A stretch of DNA of 64,000 nucleotides from Truepera sp. (GTDB lineage: Bacteria > Deinococcota > Deinococci > Deinococcales > Trueperaceae). This document shows, in pieces, positions 55,172 through 64,000 of the stretch (within the stretch, counting starts at the first letter, position 1; the number at the start of each line of letters is the position of its first letter). Under the pieces are notes generated by a model. It saw only the letters and a program-made list of their open reading frames with translations. It did no database searches and had not been told where the DNA came from. The position numbers and the translations under genes were made by a program. The stretch covers positions 3,799,575 through 3,863,574 of the forward strand of contig CBDCKW010000009.1 of the NCBI GenBank assembly GCA_965218435.1. Reading direction: 5' to 3'.

Positions 55172-57769
55172 ATGGTTAAAAGGATTTTGGGTTTAGGAGG
55201 GCTGCTCTTATTAAGCGCCTGCTCGCATGTCAAACCTGTGCCCGGTTTAGACACGGCGGCAGCGCCGACCGAGCTGTTTTTTTCTGAATACGTTGAGGGT
55301 AGCAGCAACAACAAGGCGTTAGAAATCTATAACGGTACCGGTGCAGCGGTTGACCTAGCGGCGAGCGGCTACGCCGTAGACATCTACTTTAACGGCAGCA
55401 CGTCGGCAAGCACCAAGATTCCGCTGATGGGAACCGTTGCGCCCAAAGATGTGTTCGTCTTGGCCGACAATGACGCCGCTACGCCGGTGCTAGATGTTGC
55501 CGACCAGACGAGTTCCGCAAGTTTTTTTAACGGCGACGACGCGGTGGTACTCCGTAAAGGGACGACCGTCTTAGACGTCATCGGGCAAATCGGTACCGAC
55601 CCCGGCAGTGCCTGGGGCAAAGACCCGACGAGCACGCAAAACAACACGCTCCGCCGTAAAGCGAGCGTCATGCAGGGCGACAGCGACGGAAGCGACGCGT
55701 TTGACCCGGCTACCGAGTGGGACGGCTTTGCGACCGATACCTTCGCCGGTTTAGGTAGCTACGGCGATAGCGGCACCCCGCTGGGAGCGTGTCAGGCTGC
55801 GCCCGCTGTAACCCTGATTTCTATCGTTCAGGGCGACGGTGACGCGACACCTTGCTTAGGGCAAACCGTCAGCGTCGAAGGCGTCGTCGTCGGCGACTTT
55901 GAAGGCGCGTCGGCGTTACGCGGGTTTTATGTTGAAGAAGAACAGGCGGATTGGGACGCTGACGCGGCGACCTCCGAAGGTGTGTTCGTCTTTAACGGTG
56001 ACAACGACAGTGTGTCGATCGGTCAGCGCGTCCGGGTGACGGGCCGGGTAAGCGAGTTTGGCGAACAGACCCAGATAACTGCAAACAGCACCGAAGTCCT
56101 TGACCGTCCCGCAGTTGTCATCCCTAAAACGTCCGTCACGCTGCCGGTAGCAAGTTTGGGCGACCTCGAGGCGTTTGAAGGGATGCTCGTCACCTTTCCG
56201 CAGTCTCTGGTCATCTCCGAATACTTCAACTACGACCGTTTCGGCGAACTCGTCCTGGCGGCTCCACCAGCCGGTTTGTCACGCCCTTATACCCCGACCA
56301 GCTACGTCAGTCCCGGCGCTGAAGCGCAGCGTGTGGCTGAGCTGAACGCCCGCAGCCGCATCACCTTAGATGACGGGTTGGGCGTCCAAAACCCCGAGGT
56401 GACGCGGCACCCGAACGGCCAACCCTTCAGCCTGACGAACCGGTTCCGGGGCGGCGATACTGTCACCAACACTGTCGGCGTCCTCGACTACCGTTTTGGA
56501 GCCTACCGCGTGCAACCGACGCAAGGTGCCGATTACGCGGTCAAAAACCCCCGCACCGCTGCGCCTGATAATGTGGGTGGCAGCCTCAAAGTCTCGAGCT
56601 TTAACGTGCTCAACTACTTTACGACGCTCGACAACGGCTCGAACGGGGCACGCGGCGCGGACGACGCCGAAGAGTTTACGCGGCAGCAGGCCAAGATCGT
56701 TTCTGCCCTTGCCGCCATTGACGCGGACGTGTTCGGCCTTACCGAGATTGAAAACGACGGCGACGTGGCGGTACAAAACCTGACGGACGCGCTCAACGCT
56801 CGCGTCGGCGCAGGCACCTACAACTTCATCTCGACCGGTACTATCGGCACCGACGCCATTAAAGTGGCGCTCCTTTACAAGCCCTCAGCGGTGACGCCCG
56901 TCGGCAATTTTGCGCTCCTCGACAGCTCGAAAGACCCACGGTTTATCGATACCAAAAACCGTCCGGCGCTCGTTCAGACCTTTGACGATGCAACCGGTGG
57001 ACGGTTTACGGTGGCGCTCAACCACTTTAAGTCGAAGGGCTCGAGCTGTGACGACGTGGGCGACCCTGATACCGGCGACGGACAGGGCAACTGTAACGAA
57101 ACGCGCACCAAAGCGGCGGCAGCTTTAGTGGATTACCTAGCGACTGATCCGACCGGCAGCGGTGACCCCGACGTGCTGATCGTCGGCGACCTCAACTCGT
57201 ACGATCATGAAGACCCGATTCGCACGCTTCAAGCGGGCGGGTACACCGACCTCAACCGGCGTTTTGGCGGTGAGTTCGCCTACTCTTACGCGTTTGACGG
57301 ACAGTTTGGCTACTTGGATTATGCGCTCTCGAGCCCCACATTAACCGACCAAATTACCGGCACGACCGACTGGCACATCAACGCCGACGAACCCGACTTG
57401 CTCGATTACGACACCAGCTTTAAGAGCGACGGCCAAGATGCGATTTTTGCCCCCGACCCGTACCGCGCCTCGGATCACGACCCGGTAGTGGTGGGGCTTG
57501 CGTTGACCGTCCCTGACCCGGCCATCCTTTTAGACAACCTTATCGGTGAGGTTCAGGCGCTAGGACTTGGGCGCGGTGACGAGCAGAAACTACTGTCCCA
57601 GCTCGAGACCGCCGCACGTCAGCTGGAACGTGGCAACCGTAGGCAGGCAGACGCTGCATTAGGTCGTTTTGAAGATCAAATCGGCAAGCTCGTCCGTAAG
57701 GGTTCACTCAGCACCCAACAAGGACAGCAGCTCGGGGCAGCGTCGCAAACCATCCGCAAACTGCTCTAA
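55172..57769 (+). CDS. ExeM/NucH-family extracellular nuclease lipoprotein (lamin-tail domain plus endonuclease/exonuclease/phosphatase domain)
   Basis: Lipobox LLLSAC. LFFSEYVEGSSNNKALEIYNGTG is the LTD-type N-terminus. The EEP region has SFNVLNYF, GLTEIEND, GDLNSY and SDHDPV. C-terminal helical hairpin tail. Confidence 0.8.
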   Translation: MVKRILGLGGLLLLSACSHVKPVPGLDTAAAPTELFFSEYVEGSSNNKALEIYNGTGAAVDLAASGYAVDIYFNGSTSASTKIPLMGTVAPKDVFVLADNDAATPVLDVADQTSSASFFNGDDAVVLRKGTTVLDVIGQIGTDPGSAWGKDPTSTQNNTLRRKASVMQGDSDGSDAFDPATEWDGFATDTFAGLGSYGDSGTPLGACQAAPAVTLISIVQGDGDATPCLGQTVSVEGVVVGDFEGASALRGFYVEEEQADWDADAATSEGVFVFNGDNDSVSIGQRVRVTGRVSEFGEQTQITANSTEVLDRPAVVIPKTSVTLPVASLGDLEAFEGMLVTFPQSLVISEYFNYDRFGELVLAAPPAGLSRPYTPTSYVSPGAEAQRVAELNARSRITLDDGLGVQNPEVTRHPNGQPFSLTNRFRGGDTVTNTVGVLDYRFGAYRVQPTQGADYAVKNPRTAAPDNVGGSLKVSSFNVLNYFTTLDNGSNGARGADDAEEFTRQQAKIVSALAAIDADVFGLTEIENDGDVAVQNLTDALNARVGAGTYNFISTGTIGTDAIKVALLYKPSAVTPVGNFALLDSSKDPRFIDTKNRPALVQTFDDATGGRFTVALNHFKSKGSSCDDVGDPDTGDGQGNCNETRTKAAAALVDYLATDPTGSGDPDVLIVGDLNSYDHEDPIRTLQAGGYTDLNRRFGGEFAYSYAFDGQFGYLDYALSSPTLTDQITGTTDWHINADEPDLLDYDTSFKSDGQDAIFAPDPYRASDHDPVVVGLALTVPDPAILLDNLIGEVQALGLGRGDEQKLLSQLETAARQLERGNRRQADAALGRFEDQIGKLVRKGSLSTQQGQQLGAASQTIRKLL

Positions 57770-57789
57770 AGCTGAGACGATCACCTTTG

Positions 57790-57820
57790 ACCGACGCGAA
57801 GTTTTTCGCGTCGGTTTTCT
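57790..57820 (+). terminator. Intrinsic terminator between the nuclease gene and comEA
   Basis: ACCGACGCGAA (57790-57800) pairs with TTCGCGTCGGT (57805-57815), followed by TTTCTT. Confidence 0.75.
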
Positions 57821-57843
57821 TGATGGCATTTTAGACTTGGGCT

Positions 57844-58347
57844 ATGAACGCCAAAGCTGAAACAGCGGTGACATTGCTGTTACTCGCTGTTTGTTTCGGG
57901 CTGCTGGGTTGGAACTTGTGGCCGCGCCTTACGGTGCAGAAGGTGGCGATGGGGCTCGAGCAACCCGACGTCACCGTCTCGGTGGCGGGCGCGGTGGCGT
58001 TTCCGGGGGTTTATGCACTGCCGTGGGGCTCGCACGTGACCGACGCTGTTGCTAAAGCAGGAGGTTTGACCGACGCCGCCGAAGCGACGCTCCTGAACCT
58101 CGCCGATCCGCTGACAACCGGTGAAACCGTCCTCGTGCCCGTAGCGCGGACCGCAACCGGTGAAGACCGGCTCAGCCTCAATACTGCGACGGAACGCGAA
58201 TTGGAACTGCTCGTTCCGGGTGTCGGCCCCGTGACTGCTGCGAAAATCGTTGCAGCGCGGCCCTTTGAGAGCGTCGAAGATTTGCTCGACGTTTCTGGTA
58301 TCGGCCCCGCGACGCTCGAGAAAATCCGGCCTTACGTTAAACCGTGA
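57844..58347 (+). CDS. comEA: Competence protein ComEA (membrane anchor, SLBB, helix-hairpin-helix DNA-binding domain)
   Basis: N-terminal TM. LNTATERELELLVPGVGPVTAAKIV...LLDVSGIGPATLEKI forms a tandem HhH. Confidence 0.85.
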   Translation: MNAKAETAVTLLLLAVCFGLLGWNLWPRLTVQKVAMGLEQPDVTVSVAGAVAFPGVYALPWGSHVTDAVAKAGGLTDAAEATLLNLADPLTTGETVLVPVARTATGEDRLSLNTATERELELLVPGVGPVTAAKIVAARPFESVEDLLDVSGIGPATLEKIRPYVKP

Positions 58348-58354
58348 TGGTGTC

Positions 58355-60583
58355 GTGAGCGTTACCCTTAACACCCCAGCGACTGCCGCTGAGAAAGTTA
58401 CCCCGTTTCCACTAGCTTGGTCCGTCGCTGCGGCTTTCTGCCTGGTTTTGGGAATTGCGCTCGCGGGTGCCGGTCTGCCGGTCTGGAGCAGCGCCGTGTG
58501 TGCGGGTGTATTCCTACTCGTCGGTCTGACCTTTGGTTTGCGGCTTATATTGCTGACGCTGCTTTTGATCCCACTCGGCTTTGTCCGGCTCGAGCTGTGG
58601 GAGGCGCGACCCCAACCGCTGGGGCCGCTGATCGGCACCACCCAAACCCTTTCCGGTGTGGGCGACGGCACCTATCTGACGCTGGGCGAACCCGCCGGGG
58701 CCAAAGTCGTCCTCTCACCCAAAGGTGTCGTCGGCGCAGGCCGCGTGACGCTGCGCGGCGACGTCGTAGAAGCGAGCCACAAACGCAATCCGGGCGGGTT
58801 TGATTACGCGGGATTTTTGGCGCGGCGTGGGGTCGGCGCACAAGTTTATGTAGATGAGGTAACGTCGTTTGAACCTGCTGGGGTGACTTTCAAAACGCGG
58901 TTGCAGCGTGGCGTCGTGGCAGGGTTGTCCCCGACGCAGGCGGCACTACAAGAAGCGATGACGCTCGGCATCCGCGACAATCTCCGCGACTTACGCGACG
59001 TTTTTGCAGCGGCAGGGTTGGCACACGTGCTGGCGCTTTCAGGGCTGCATATCGGGGTGTTGATCGCCGCGTTGGGTTTCTTGCTGAGGCCGCTGGGGGT
59101 GCTGCGTTACCCGCTGTTGATCGGGTTTGTCGTGGCGTTTGCCGCGCTGGTCGGCGCGACGCCGAGCGTCTTGCGGGCGACGACGATGGCGGTTGCGGTG
59201 CTCTTATCCCTGTGGCTCGGGTCGGGCAGGCTCGAGCCCTGGCCCGCGCTGTCACTGGCGGCGCTGCTGGCGCTCTTGTGGAATCCGTCAGGGCTTTTCG
59301 ACCTGTCGTTTCAACTCTCGTACTTGGCCGTGATCGGGATTTTGGTCTTCGCCTTGCCGACGCTCCGGTTACTGCACGCCTCTTCACTTCCGTGGTGGCA
59401 CCCCAAAGCGTTGCTGCTCGGGTCGCTCGTGGTGAGTTTGGGCGCACAAGCGCCGCTCCTGCCGCTTCTCGCCCACACCTTTGGCACGGTGCCGCTGTTC
59501 GGTCCGCTGGTCAATATCGTGGCGCTGCCGCTGGCGACGGTGTTAGTCCCGCTGGGTTTCTTGGCGGGGGTGCTGGGTACGGTGTCGCTCCCCTTAGCAG
59601 CGTTCTTAAATCACCTGACTGCGCCGCTGGCCTCGGCGCTGATCTGGGCGGCGAACGAGAGTGCGACTTGGCCGAGCCTCGAGTGGGGCGAGATTGCGCC
59701 GGTCGGGTTTGCTTACTACAGCGTCGGAGCGTTCGCACTGGCGCTCGTGTCGCTGGGCAAACTGCGGCTCTGGCGGGGGCTGTTAGTCGTAGCGGCGGCA
59801 CTTACGGCCTCGACGCTGACCCCTTCACCTCACGGCAACGCCGAACTCGTCTATCTCGACGTAGGTCAGGGCGACAGCACCTTGATTCGTCTGCCGCACC
59901 GCACCGAAGTCTTGGTTGACGGTGGCGGGACGCCTTTTTCTGACTTTGATATTGGTGAGAACACTGTCGTTCCGGCGCTCCGGGCACTGGGGGTAGATGA
60001 GCTCGAGCTCGTCATCGCCTCTCACGCCGATACCGACCACATCGAAGGGTTGGCAAGTGTGCTCCGGGAGATGCCGGTCGGTGAACTGGTGATCGGGTAT
60101 TCAGCAGCTGATTCGGGGGCGTTTGCGGCGCTGCTGGACGCGGCTGAAGCGCGCGGCGTCCCTGTCACCGAAGTGCGGCGTGGGGAGGTCTTGACTGTCG
60201 GTGACGCTCGGCTGGACATCCTCAACCCACCCATGCAACCTTTTGAAGCGAGTAACGACAACTCGGTTGCGTTTGTGCTCGAGGCGCTCGGCACCAAAGC
60301 ACTCTTTTTAGGCGATGTGCCGAGTACGGTCGAAAATGTTTTGGCTGTACCCGACGTAGACGTCATAATGGTCGCACACCACGGCTCGAGGTTTTCTACC
60401 TCAGACGCGCTTCTCACCGCCGCCAGACCTGAACAGGCCGTCTTGTCGTATGGCCGCAACAACTATGGGCACCCGAACCCGGATGTTCTGGCGCGGCTTA
60501 AAGCGCACGGCGTAGCGGTTTTTGAGACACATCAAGTGGGCGCGGTGCGGCTGCCGCTAGGACGGCTAAGCAGCCATAAGTAA
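58355..60583 (+). CDS. comEC: DNA internalisation competence protein ComEC/Rec2 (competence channel plus metallo-beta-lactamase domain)
   Basis: Polytopic central domain with [14 protein letters not shown]. The C-terminal MBL region has [13 protein letters not shown] and [14 protein letters not shown] 58355 is preferred; the ORF-track start 58250 overlaps comEA. Confidence 0.85.
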   Translation: MSVTLNTPATAAEKVTPFPLAWSVAAAFCLVLGIALAGAGLPVWSSAVCAGVFLLVGLTFGLRLILLTLLLIPLGFVRLELWEARPQPLGPLIGTTQTLSGVGDGTYLTLGEPAGAKVVLSPKGVVGAGRVTLRGDVVEASHKRNPGGFDYAGFLARRGVGAQVYVDEVTSFEPAGVTFKTRLQRGVVAGLSPTQAALQEAMTLGIRDNLRDLRDVFAAAGLAHVLALSGLHIGVLIAALGFLLRPLGVLRYPLLIGFVVAFAALVGATPSVLRATTMAVAVLLSLWLGSGRLEPWPALSLAALLALLWNPSGLFDLSFQLSYLAVIGILVFALPTLRLLHASSLPWWHPKALLLGSLVVSLGAQAPLLPLLAHTFGTVPLFGPLVNIVALPLATVLVPLGFLAGVLGTVSLPLAAFLNHLTAPLASALIWAANESATWPSLEWGEIAPVGFAYYSVGAFALALVSLGKLRLWRGLLVVAAALTASTLTPSPHGNAELVYLDVGQGDSTLIRLPHRTEVLVDGGGTPFSDFDIGENTVVPALRALGVDELELVIASHADTDHIEGLASVLREMPVGELVIGYSAADSGAFAALLDAAEARGVPVTEVRRGEVLTVGDARLDILNPPMQPFEASNDNSVAFVLEALGTKALFLGDVPSTVENVLAVPDVDVIMVAHHGSRFSTSDALLTAARPEQAVLSYGRNNYGHPNPDVLARLKAHGVAVFETHQVGAVRLPLGRLSSHK

Positions 60584-60722
60584 AGGCTTTGGCCATTCGT
60601 CGCTGCTTACCGGGTGAGGCTGACGCAAGTGTTGACCTGAACGTTAGACGAGCGTTTCTACAACGCTCGTCTAACCATGAAACGCCGCGCCGACATGTTA
60701 ATTTGTTTACAGTGATAGGCCG

Positions 60723-61481
60723 ATGATAACTCCTGTACGTGTGCTCTCGAGCGGTGGCCCCATGCGGGTCGAACTCGCCCGCTGGCAGGGCAAGCTGGTG
60801 GTCGTTAAGCAGCTGCAGGCCGCTTCGTCGGTTCTCGCCAACCGTCTGGGCCGCGAAGCTGCCGTCGTCACACATTTAGAGCATGAAAACATCGTGCCGC
60901 TCTTAGCAGTTCAAGATACGAGTCTGATCTACGCGTACTGTCCCGGCGTCAGCTTAGGCGAGGCGCTGCAAAAAGGGCCACTCGGCACCGCCGACAGCCT
61001 GCGCTTTATCCGCAACGTGCTCTCAGCCCTCGTTTACGCGCACGCACAAAATGTGATTCACTTAGACGTCAAGCCCTCAAATATTCTTATCAACGGCGAA
61101 AAGGCGCTCCTGACCGACTTCGGCTTTGCCAAAGACCTCGCGCTCGCCTCGATTACGCAGCAGGGGATGTCACTTGGAACGCCCAACTACATGGCTCCCG
61201 AACAGTTTACCGGCGAGCGCAGTGATCCTAGAAGCGACCTCTACGCGGTCGGCGCGGTTTTATATCATATGCTGACCGGCGCGCCCCCGTTTGAACGCGA
61301 TATTTTTAGATTTTTAACGGGTGACCCCACGGTGACGCTTAAGCCGTTACCCGAGGCGGCCGCGCCGCTGACAGCGTTTGTGGAGCAGGCGCTCGAGTAC
61401 GACCCCACGCGGCGTTTTAGCAGCGCCGCCGAGATGCGCAGCGCCCTTTCTCATGTCTATCTGGATGATCTATTCTTTTGA
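60723..61481 (+). CDS. Stand-alone Hanks-type Ser/Thr protein kinase domain (non-RD, no sensor or anchor domain)
   Basis: VVVKQL (catalytic Lys context), HLDVKPSNILI (HLD rather than HRD), DFGFAK and GTPNYMAPE. 252 aa. Confidence 0.75.
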   Translation: MITPVRVLSSGGPMRVELARWQGKLVVVKQLQAASSVLANRLGREAAVVTHLEHENIVPLLAVQDTSLIYAYCPGVSLGEALQKGPLGTADSLRFIRNVLSALVYAHAQNVIHLDVKPSNILINGEKALLTDFGFAKDLALASITQQGMSLGTPNYMAPEQFTGERSDPRSDLYAVGAVLYHMLTGAPPFERDIFRFLTGDPTVTLKPLPEAAAPLTAFVEQALEYDPTRRFSSAAEMRSALSHVYLDDLFF

Positions 61482-61649
61482 CGGCCTACTTTAGAGCTCA
61501 GCTGAAAAACTGGTTGAATATAACGTATCAAGAGAATAGTAAATACAGGAGGGAGGATATAATGAGCTCTGAACCCTATTCTTCATGCTATATTTTCCCT
61601 TCCCCTTTCTGTCCGACGGCTTCGGAGCAGCTCATCTTAGGTTCTACCG

Positions 61650-62582
61650 ATGATCTTATCGTTTAGCGGCGACCCTTTTTTGGCGACGCGTGCGGCGCGG
61701 CGCGCGCTCCGGTCGCGTGGGTTTCGCACCGAAGACACGACCGAACTCGGTGAAGGAATGAACGCGCCGCAAGTCGCTCAGCTCGCAGCGCAGTCGGGGC
61801 TGTTCGGTCAAGTGGCCTTGCTGTTAGACTTTGACGCGGCCTTTCGCGGTCAGGGCGGTGTCAAACCGCGTAACGACACGCTCAAAGTGTTAGAGACCGT
61901 TTCACCCGACACGCTCGTCGTGGTGCTCGATTTGGGCGCGACCCCGGCGCGGCAAAAGACGTACAACGCCCTCGGTACCCACGAAGCCCTGCCGACGCCG
62001 CGCTTTAACGCGCTCACGCACTGGGTCAGACAAGAGTTGCAGGCCGCTGAGGTCGAGGTTGAAAAAGATGTGCCCGATACTCTCGCCGACCTGTTTGGGG
62101 AAGACCTGCCGGGGATTGCCGCTGAGATTCAGAAGCTGGCAGTCTTAGGCGAAACCTTAACGAGTGAGCGCGTCCGTGAGATCGTCAACCGGCCCGCCTC
62201 GAGAGACGCTTTTGCCCTGATCGAAGCCGTGATGCAAGCCGACGTGCGCCGTGCGCTAAACGTCACCCGCAGTTTGGTTGCGCAAGGTGAAGCCCCGCCG
62301 CGCGTGCTCGGGGCATTGACCTGGCAGTACAACCTGGTGGCGCGCTGCGTCGGCCTCCAGGCAGGGCGCGCTCGAGTGGACGCCGGACTGGTCGCGCAAA
62401 CGCTCAAAGTCAAGCCGTTCGTCGCGCAAAAGGCGCTGGCTATTGCCAAAAACTTAGACGAAGCAGGGCTAAAACGTGTTCTTACCAGCCTCTTAAACGC
62501 AGACATAGCGATGAAAACCGGCAAAGACGAGGTGTGGGCGCTCGAGAGTTTGGCGATCGAGCTGTCCTCACGCCCAGCTTAG
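61650..62582 (+). CDS. holA: DNA polymerase III delta subunit
   Basis: About 310 aa in the conserved position downstream of comEC. It has the N-terminal GDPFL pattern and C-terminal helical delta-like region (LGALTWQYNLV, LNADIAMKTG). Confidence 0.6.
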   Translation: MILSFSGDPFLATRAARRALRSRGFRTEDTTELGEGMNAPQVAQLAAQSGLFGQVALLLDFDAAFRGQGGVKPRNDTLKVLETVSPDTLVVVLDLGATPARQKTYNALGTHEALPTPRFNALTHWVRQELQAAEVEVEKDVPDTLADLFGEDLPGIAAEIQKLAVLGETLTSERVREIVNRPASRDAFALIEAVMQADVRRALNVTRSLVAQGEAPPRVLGALTWQYNLVARCVGLQAGRARVDAGLVAQTLKVKPFVAQKALAIAKNLDEAGLKRVLTSLLNADIAMKTGKDEVWALESLAIELSSRPA

Positions 62583-62651
62583 AATCAAACAAAATACACG
62601 AAGTCCGTGTACACTGAGCTCGCACAAACGCTACGGGAAAGGTTTTAGGTT

Positions 62652-63555
62652 ACCTCGACTGCTAGGGGGTAGCTCTATAGGGAGAAAAAAGCGAAGATAG
62701 CGCGATTTGGAAATCGCGCTATCTTCTAGAGCAGCATACCGTCAGCGAGTTGTTCACGGTCGTATACGTGCTGGTCGATGATTACCTCAGAGCCGGGGTG
62801 CAGCAAGGCAGATTTGTGCTGCCCGAGTCCAAGCAGCAAAAGGGTAGCTACGCAGAACTGATGAGCATTGCCTTGGTGGGCGATCTGCTTAACCAGGCCG
62901 ATGTGGGGCTGTGGTTCAACCTAGTCAAGAGCGAGTACAAGGGCTTGTTCCCGGTGTTGCCCGACGATACGCGCTACTACCGGGTACTCAAGAAGCTAGA
63001 ACGCCTCTGGGCCGAGCTAGCCCTGGTGCTCACCGCGCAGCACGCTACATGGGCTTACAGTATCGACTCCAAACCGCTGCCGGTGTGTAAGTTCAAGCGT
63101 CACCGACGGCCTCGGGCCATGACCGAAGCGACCGTAGGCTTCTCGACCCAAGGTGCCGTATACGGCTTCAAACTTCACGCCCTCACGACCTCGCAAGGGC
63201 TCATTGTCAAGTTCGCCAGCGCCCCGGCACACGAAGCCGCTGTCACCGTTGCTAGAGCCTTGCTCGGTAAAGCCGAACGGGGTGCAAGCTTAGGCGACAA
63301 AGCCTATCTCGGTTGTGGCGTCTACACCCCTCCCAAGGCCAACGCGCTCACGCCCGGCATCTGGACCCAGCTCATGGATGCGTCTCGAAAAACCATCGAA
63401 AGCGTCTTTTCCTCGCTCTCCCGCACCAAACATCTTGTCCTTGGTCAGCGCAACTCGTTTCATTCGCTCCGGGCACACGTCTGTCGCAAGATAGCAGCGC
63501 ATAACTTCGCCCTTATCTTCGCTTCCTAGACCCCTTATCCCCTAGCAGTCGAGGT
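62652..63555 (+). mobile_element. IS982-family insertion sequence (904 bp) with 17-bp terminal inverted repeats and a candidate 5-bp target duplication
   Basis: IRL ACCTCGACTGCTAGGGG (62652-62668) is the reverse complement of IRR (63539-63555). AGGTT flanks both ends (62647-62651 and 63556-63560). Subterminal hairpin GAAGATAGCGCGATTT / AAATCGCGCTATCTTC at 62693-62726. Confidence 0.8.
62750..63529 (+). CDS. IS982-family DDE transposase
   Basis: [27 protein letters not shown] and [11 protein letters not shown] blocks match the IS982 DDE layout. The TTG start has no SD, so the N-terminus may be incomplete. Confidence 0.65.
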   Translation: MFTVVYVLVDDYLRAGVQQGRFVLPESKQQKGSYAELMSIALVGDLLNQADVGLWFNLVKSEYKGLFPVLPDDTRYYRVLKKLERLWAELALVLTAQHATWAYSIDSKPLPVCKFKRHRRPRAMTEATVGFSTQGAVYGFKLHALTTSQGLIVKFASAPAHEAAVTVARALLGKAERGASLGDKAYLGCGVYTPPKANALTPGIWTQLMDASRKTIESVFSSLSRTKHLVLGQRNSFHSLRAHVCRKIAAHNFALIFAS

Positions 63556-63558
63556 AGG

Positions 63559-63987
63559 TTGATGCCGCTCTCGCCGCTCGAGCTGCTCCGCTTTGACGAG
63601 TGGGACCGGATGATCGACGTGAACATCAAAGGGGTGCTTTACGGCATTGGCGCAGCACTCCCCTACATGAAAGAGCAGAAAAGCGGACAAATCATCAACG
63701 TCTCGTCCGTTGCCAGGCATAAGATCAACCCCGGTGGTGCGGTCTATTCCGCCACGAAATATGCCGTGCGGGTGATTTCAGAAGCTTTGCGCCAAGAGGT
63801 CAAGCCCTATAACATCCGCACGACCGTCATCTCGCCGGGTGCGGTAGACACCGAGTTGCCCCAGTCGGTCGGTGCCGAGGGCGTTTCAGAGGCGGTCAAC
63901 AAACTCTGCAAGGAGAACGCTATCCCTGCCAGTAGCTTTGCCCGCTGTGTCTTATTTGCCATGAGTCAGCTCGAGACTGCACTTTAA
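63559..63987 (+). pseudogene. Truncated SDR-family oxidoreductase (lacks the Rossmann N-terminus; C-terminus probably also shortened)
   Basis: Begins mid-domain at [16 protein letters not shown]. It retains NVSS and YSATKYAV catalytic motifs but has no TGxxxGIG region, and there is no room for one upstream. Confidence 0.65.
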
Positions 63988-64000
63988 GAAACTTGGTCGC

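Noticed and set aside
60643-60675. 12-bp-stem hairpin (GTTAGACGAGCG / CGCTCGTCTAAC) after comEC as an intrinsic terminator
   Set aside because: There is no U-tract on either strand. It may be a processing or regulatory structure, but there is not enough evidence to annotate it.
1-64000. CTCGAG excess explained as SARP-type TCGAG binding heptamers
   Set aside because: The sites are spread through coding regions at about one per 460 bp, with no 11-bp phasing or promoter association. One regulator could not account for them. The motif overlap is noted as coincidental only.
1-64000. tRNA, rRNA and CRISPR arrays
   Set aside because: I inspected all intergenic gaps over 100 bp. None showed cloverleaf-type conserved arms (e.g. 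GTTCGAATC-like T-loops), rRNA-like stretches, or regularly spaced repeats of 24-40 bp.

Overview
This is a 64 kb bacterial chromosomal segment, roughly 60% GC by eye, gene-dense on both strands, with GGAGG-type Shine-Dalgarno sites and many GTG/TTG starts. I found no rRNA, tRNA or CRISPR.

Recognisable content, in order:
- thiolase
- a visibly AT-richer islet encoding an astacin-type zinc metalloprotease lipoprotein plus a partner lipoprotein
- a molybdoenzyme neighbourhood: moaA, a sulfite-oxidase-like Mo enzyme, then fdhD, a YdeP/FdhF-family oxidoreductase, an oxalate/formate-type MFS transporter and an unlisted 55-aa small subunit
- an AfsR/SARP-like STAND regulator (wHTH-BTAD, NB-ARC P-loop, TPR) divergent from three small secreted-protein genes that each have a strong SD
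- tyrA, a histidine phosphatase and a class-I amidotransferase
- an OmpR/HisKA two-component pair
- a large secreted TPR protein
- an SDR, a gluconolactonase-like protein, an AEC transporter, cdd and a YibE/F protein
- an orphan ZnuA-like binding protein divergent from pstSCAB, with no phoU
- a PHB-depolymerase-type esterase and a PAS-GAF-GGDEF-EAL protein
- a translationally coupled YIP1-like / membrane alpha-beta-hydrolase pair next to a CDP-alcohol phosphatidyltransferase
- a ferredoxin, BdbC/BdbD-like, CopZ, PAS-LuxR and DUF3105 cluster
- a quinone oxidoreductase, a MOSC protein and a decayed macro-domain pseudogene
- an S8 protease and sodA
- an ExeM/NucH-type secreted nuclease next to comEA, comEC, a stand-alone Ser/Thr kinase and holA
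- an IS982-family insertion sequence beside a truncated SDR gene

The observations I would follow up first:
- a strong excess of the palindrome CTCGAG, about 140 copies by manual count against about 20 expected
- the STAND regulator with its secreted micro-protein operon
- several ORFs under 60 aa that are missing from the ORF track
- a recurring pattern of short tandem duplications in intergenic DNA

All calls rest on motif recognition by eye. No database search was run.
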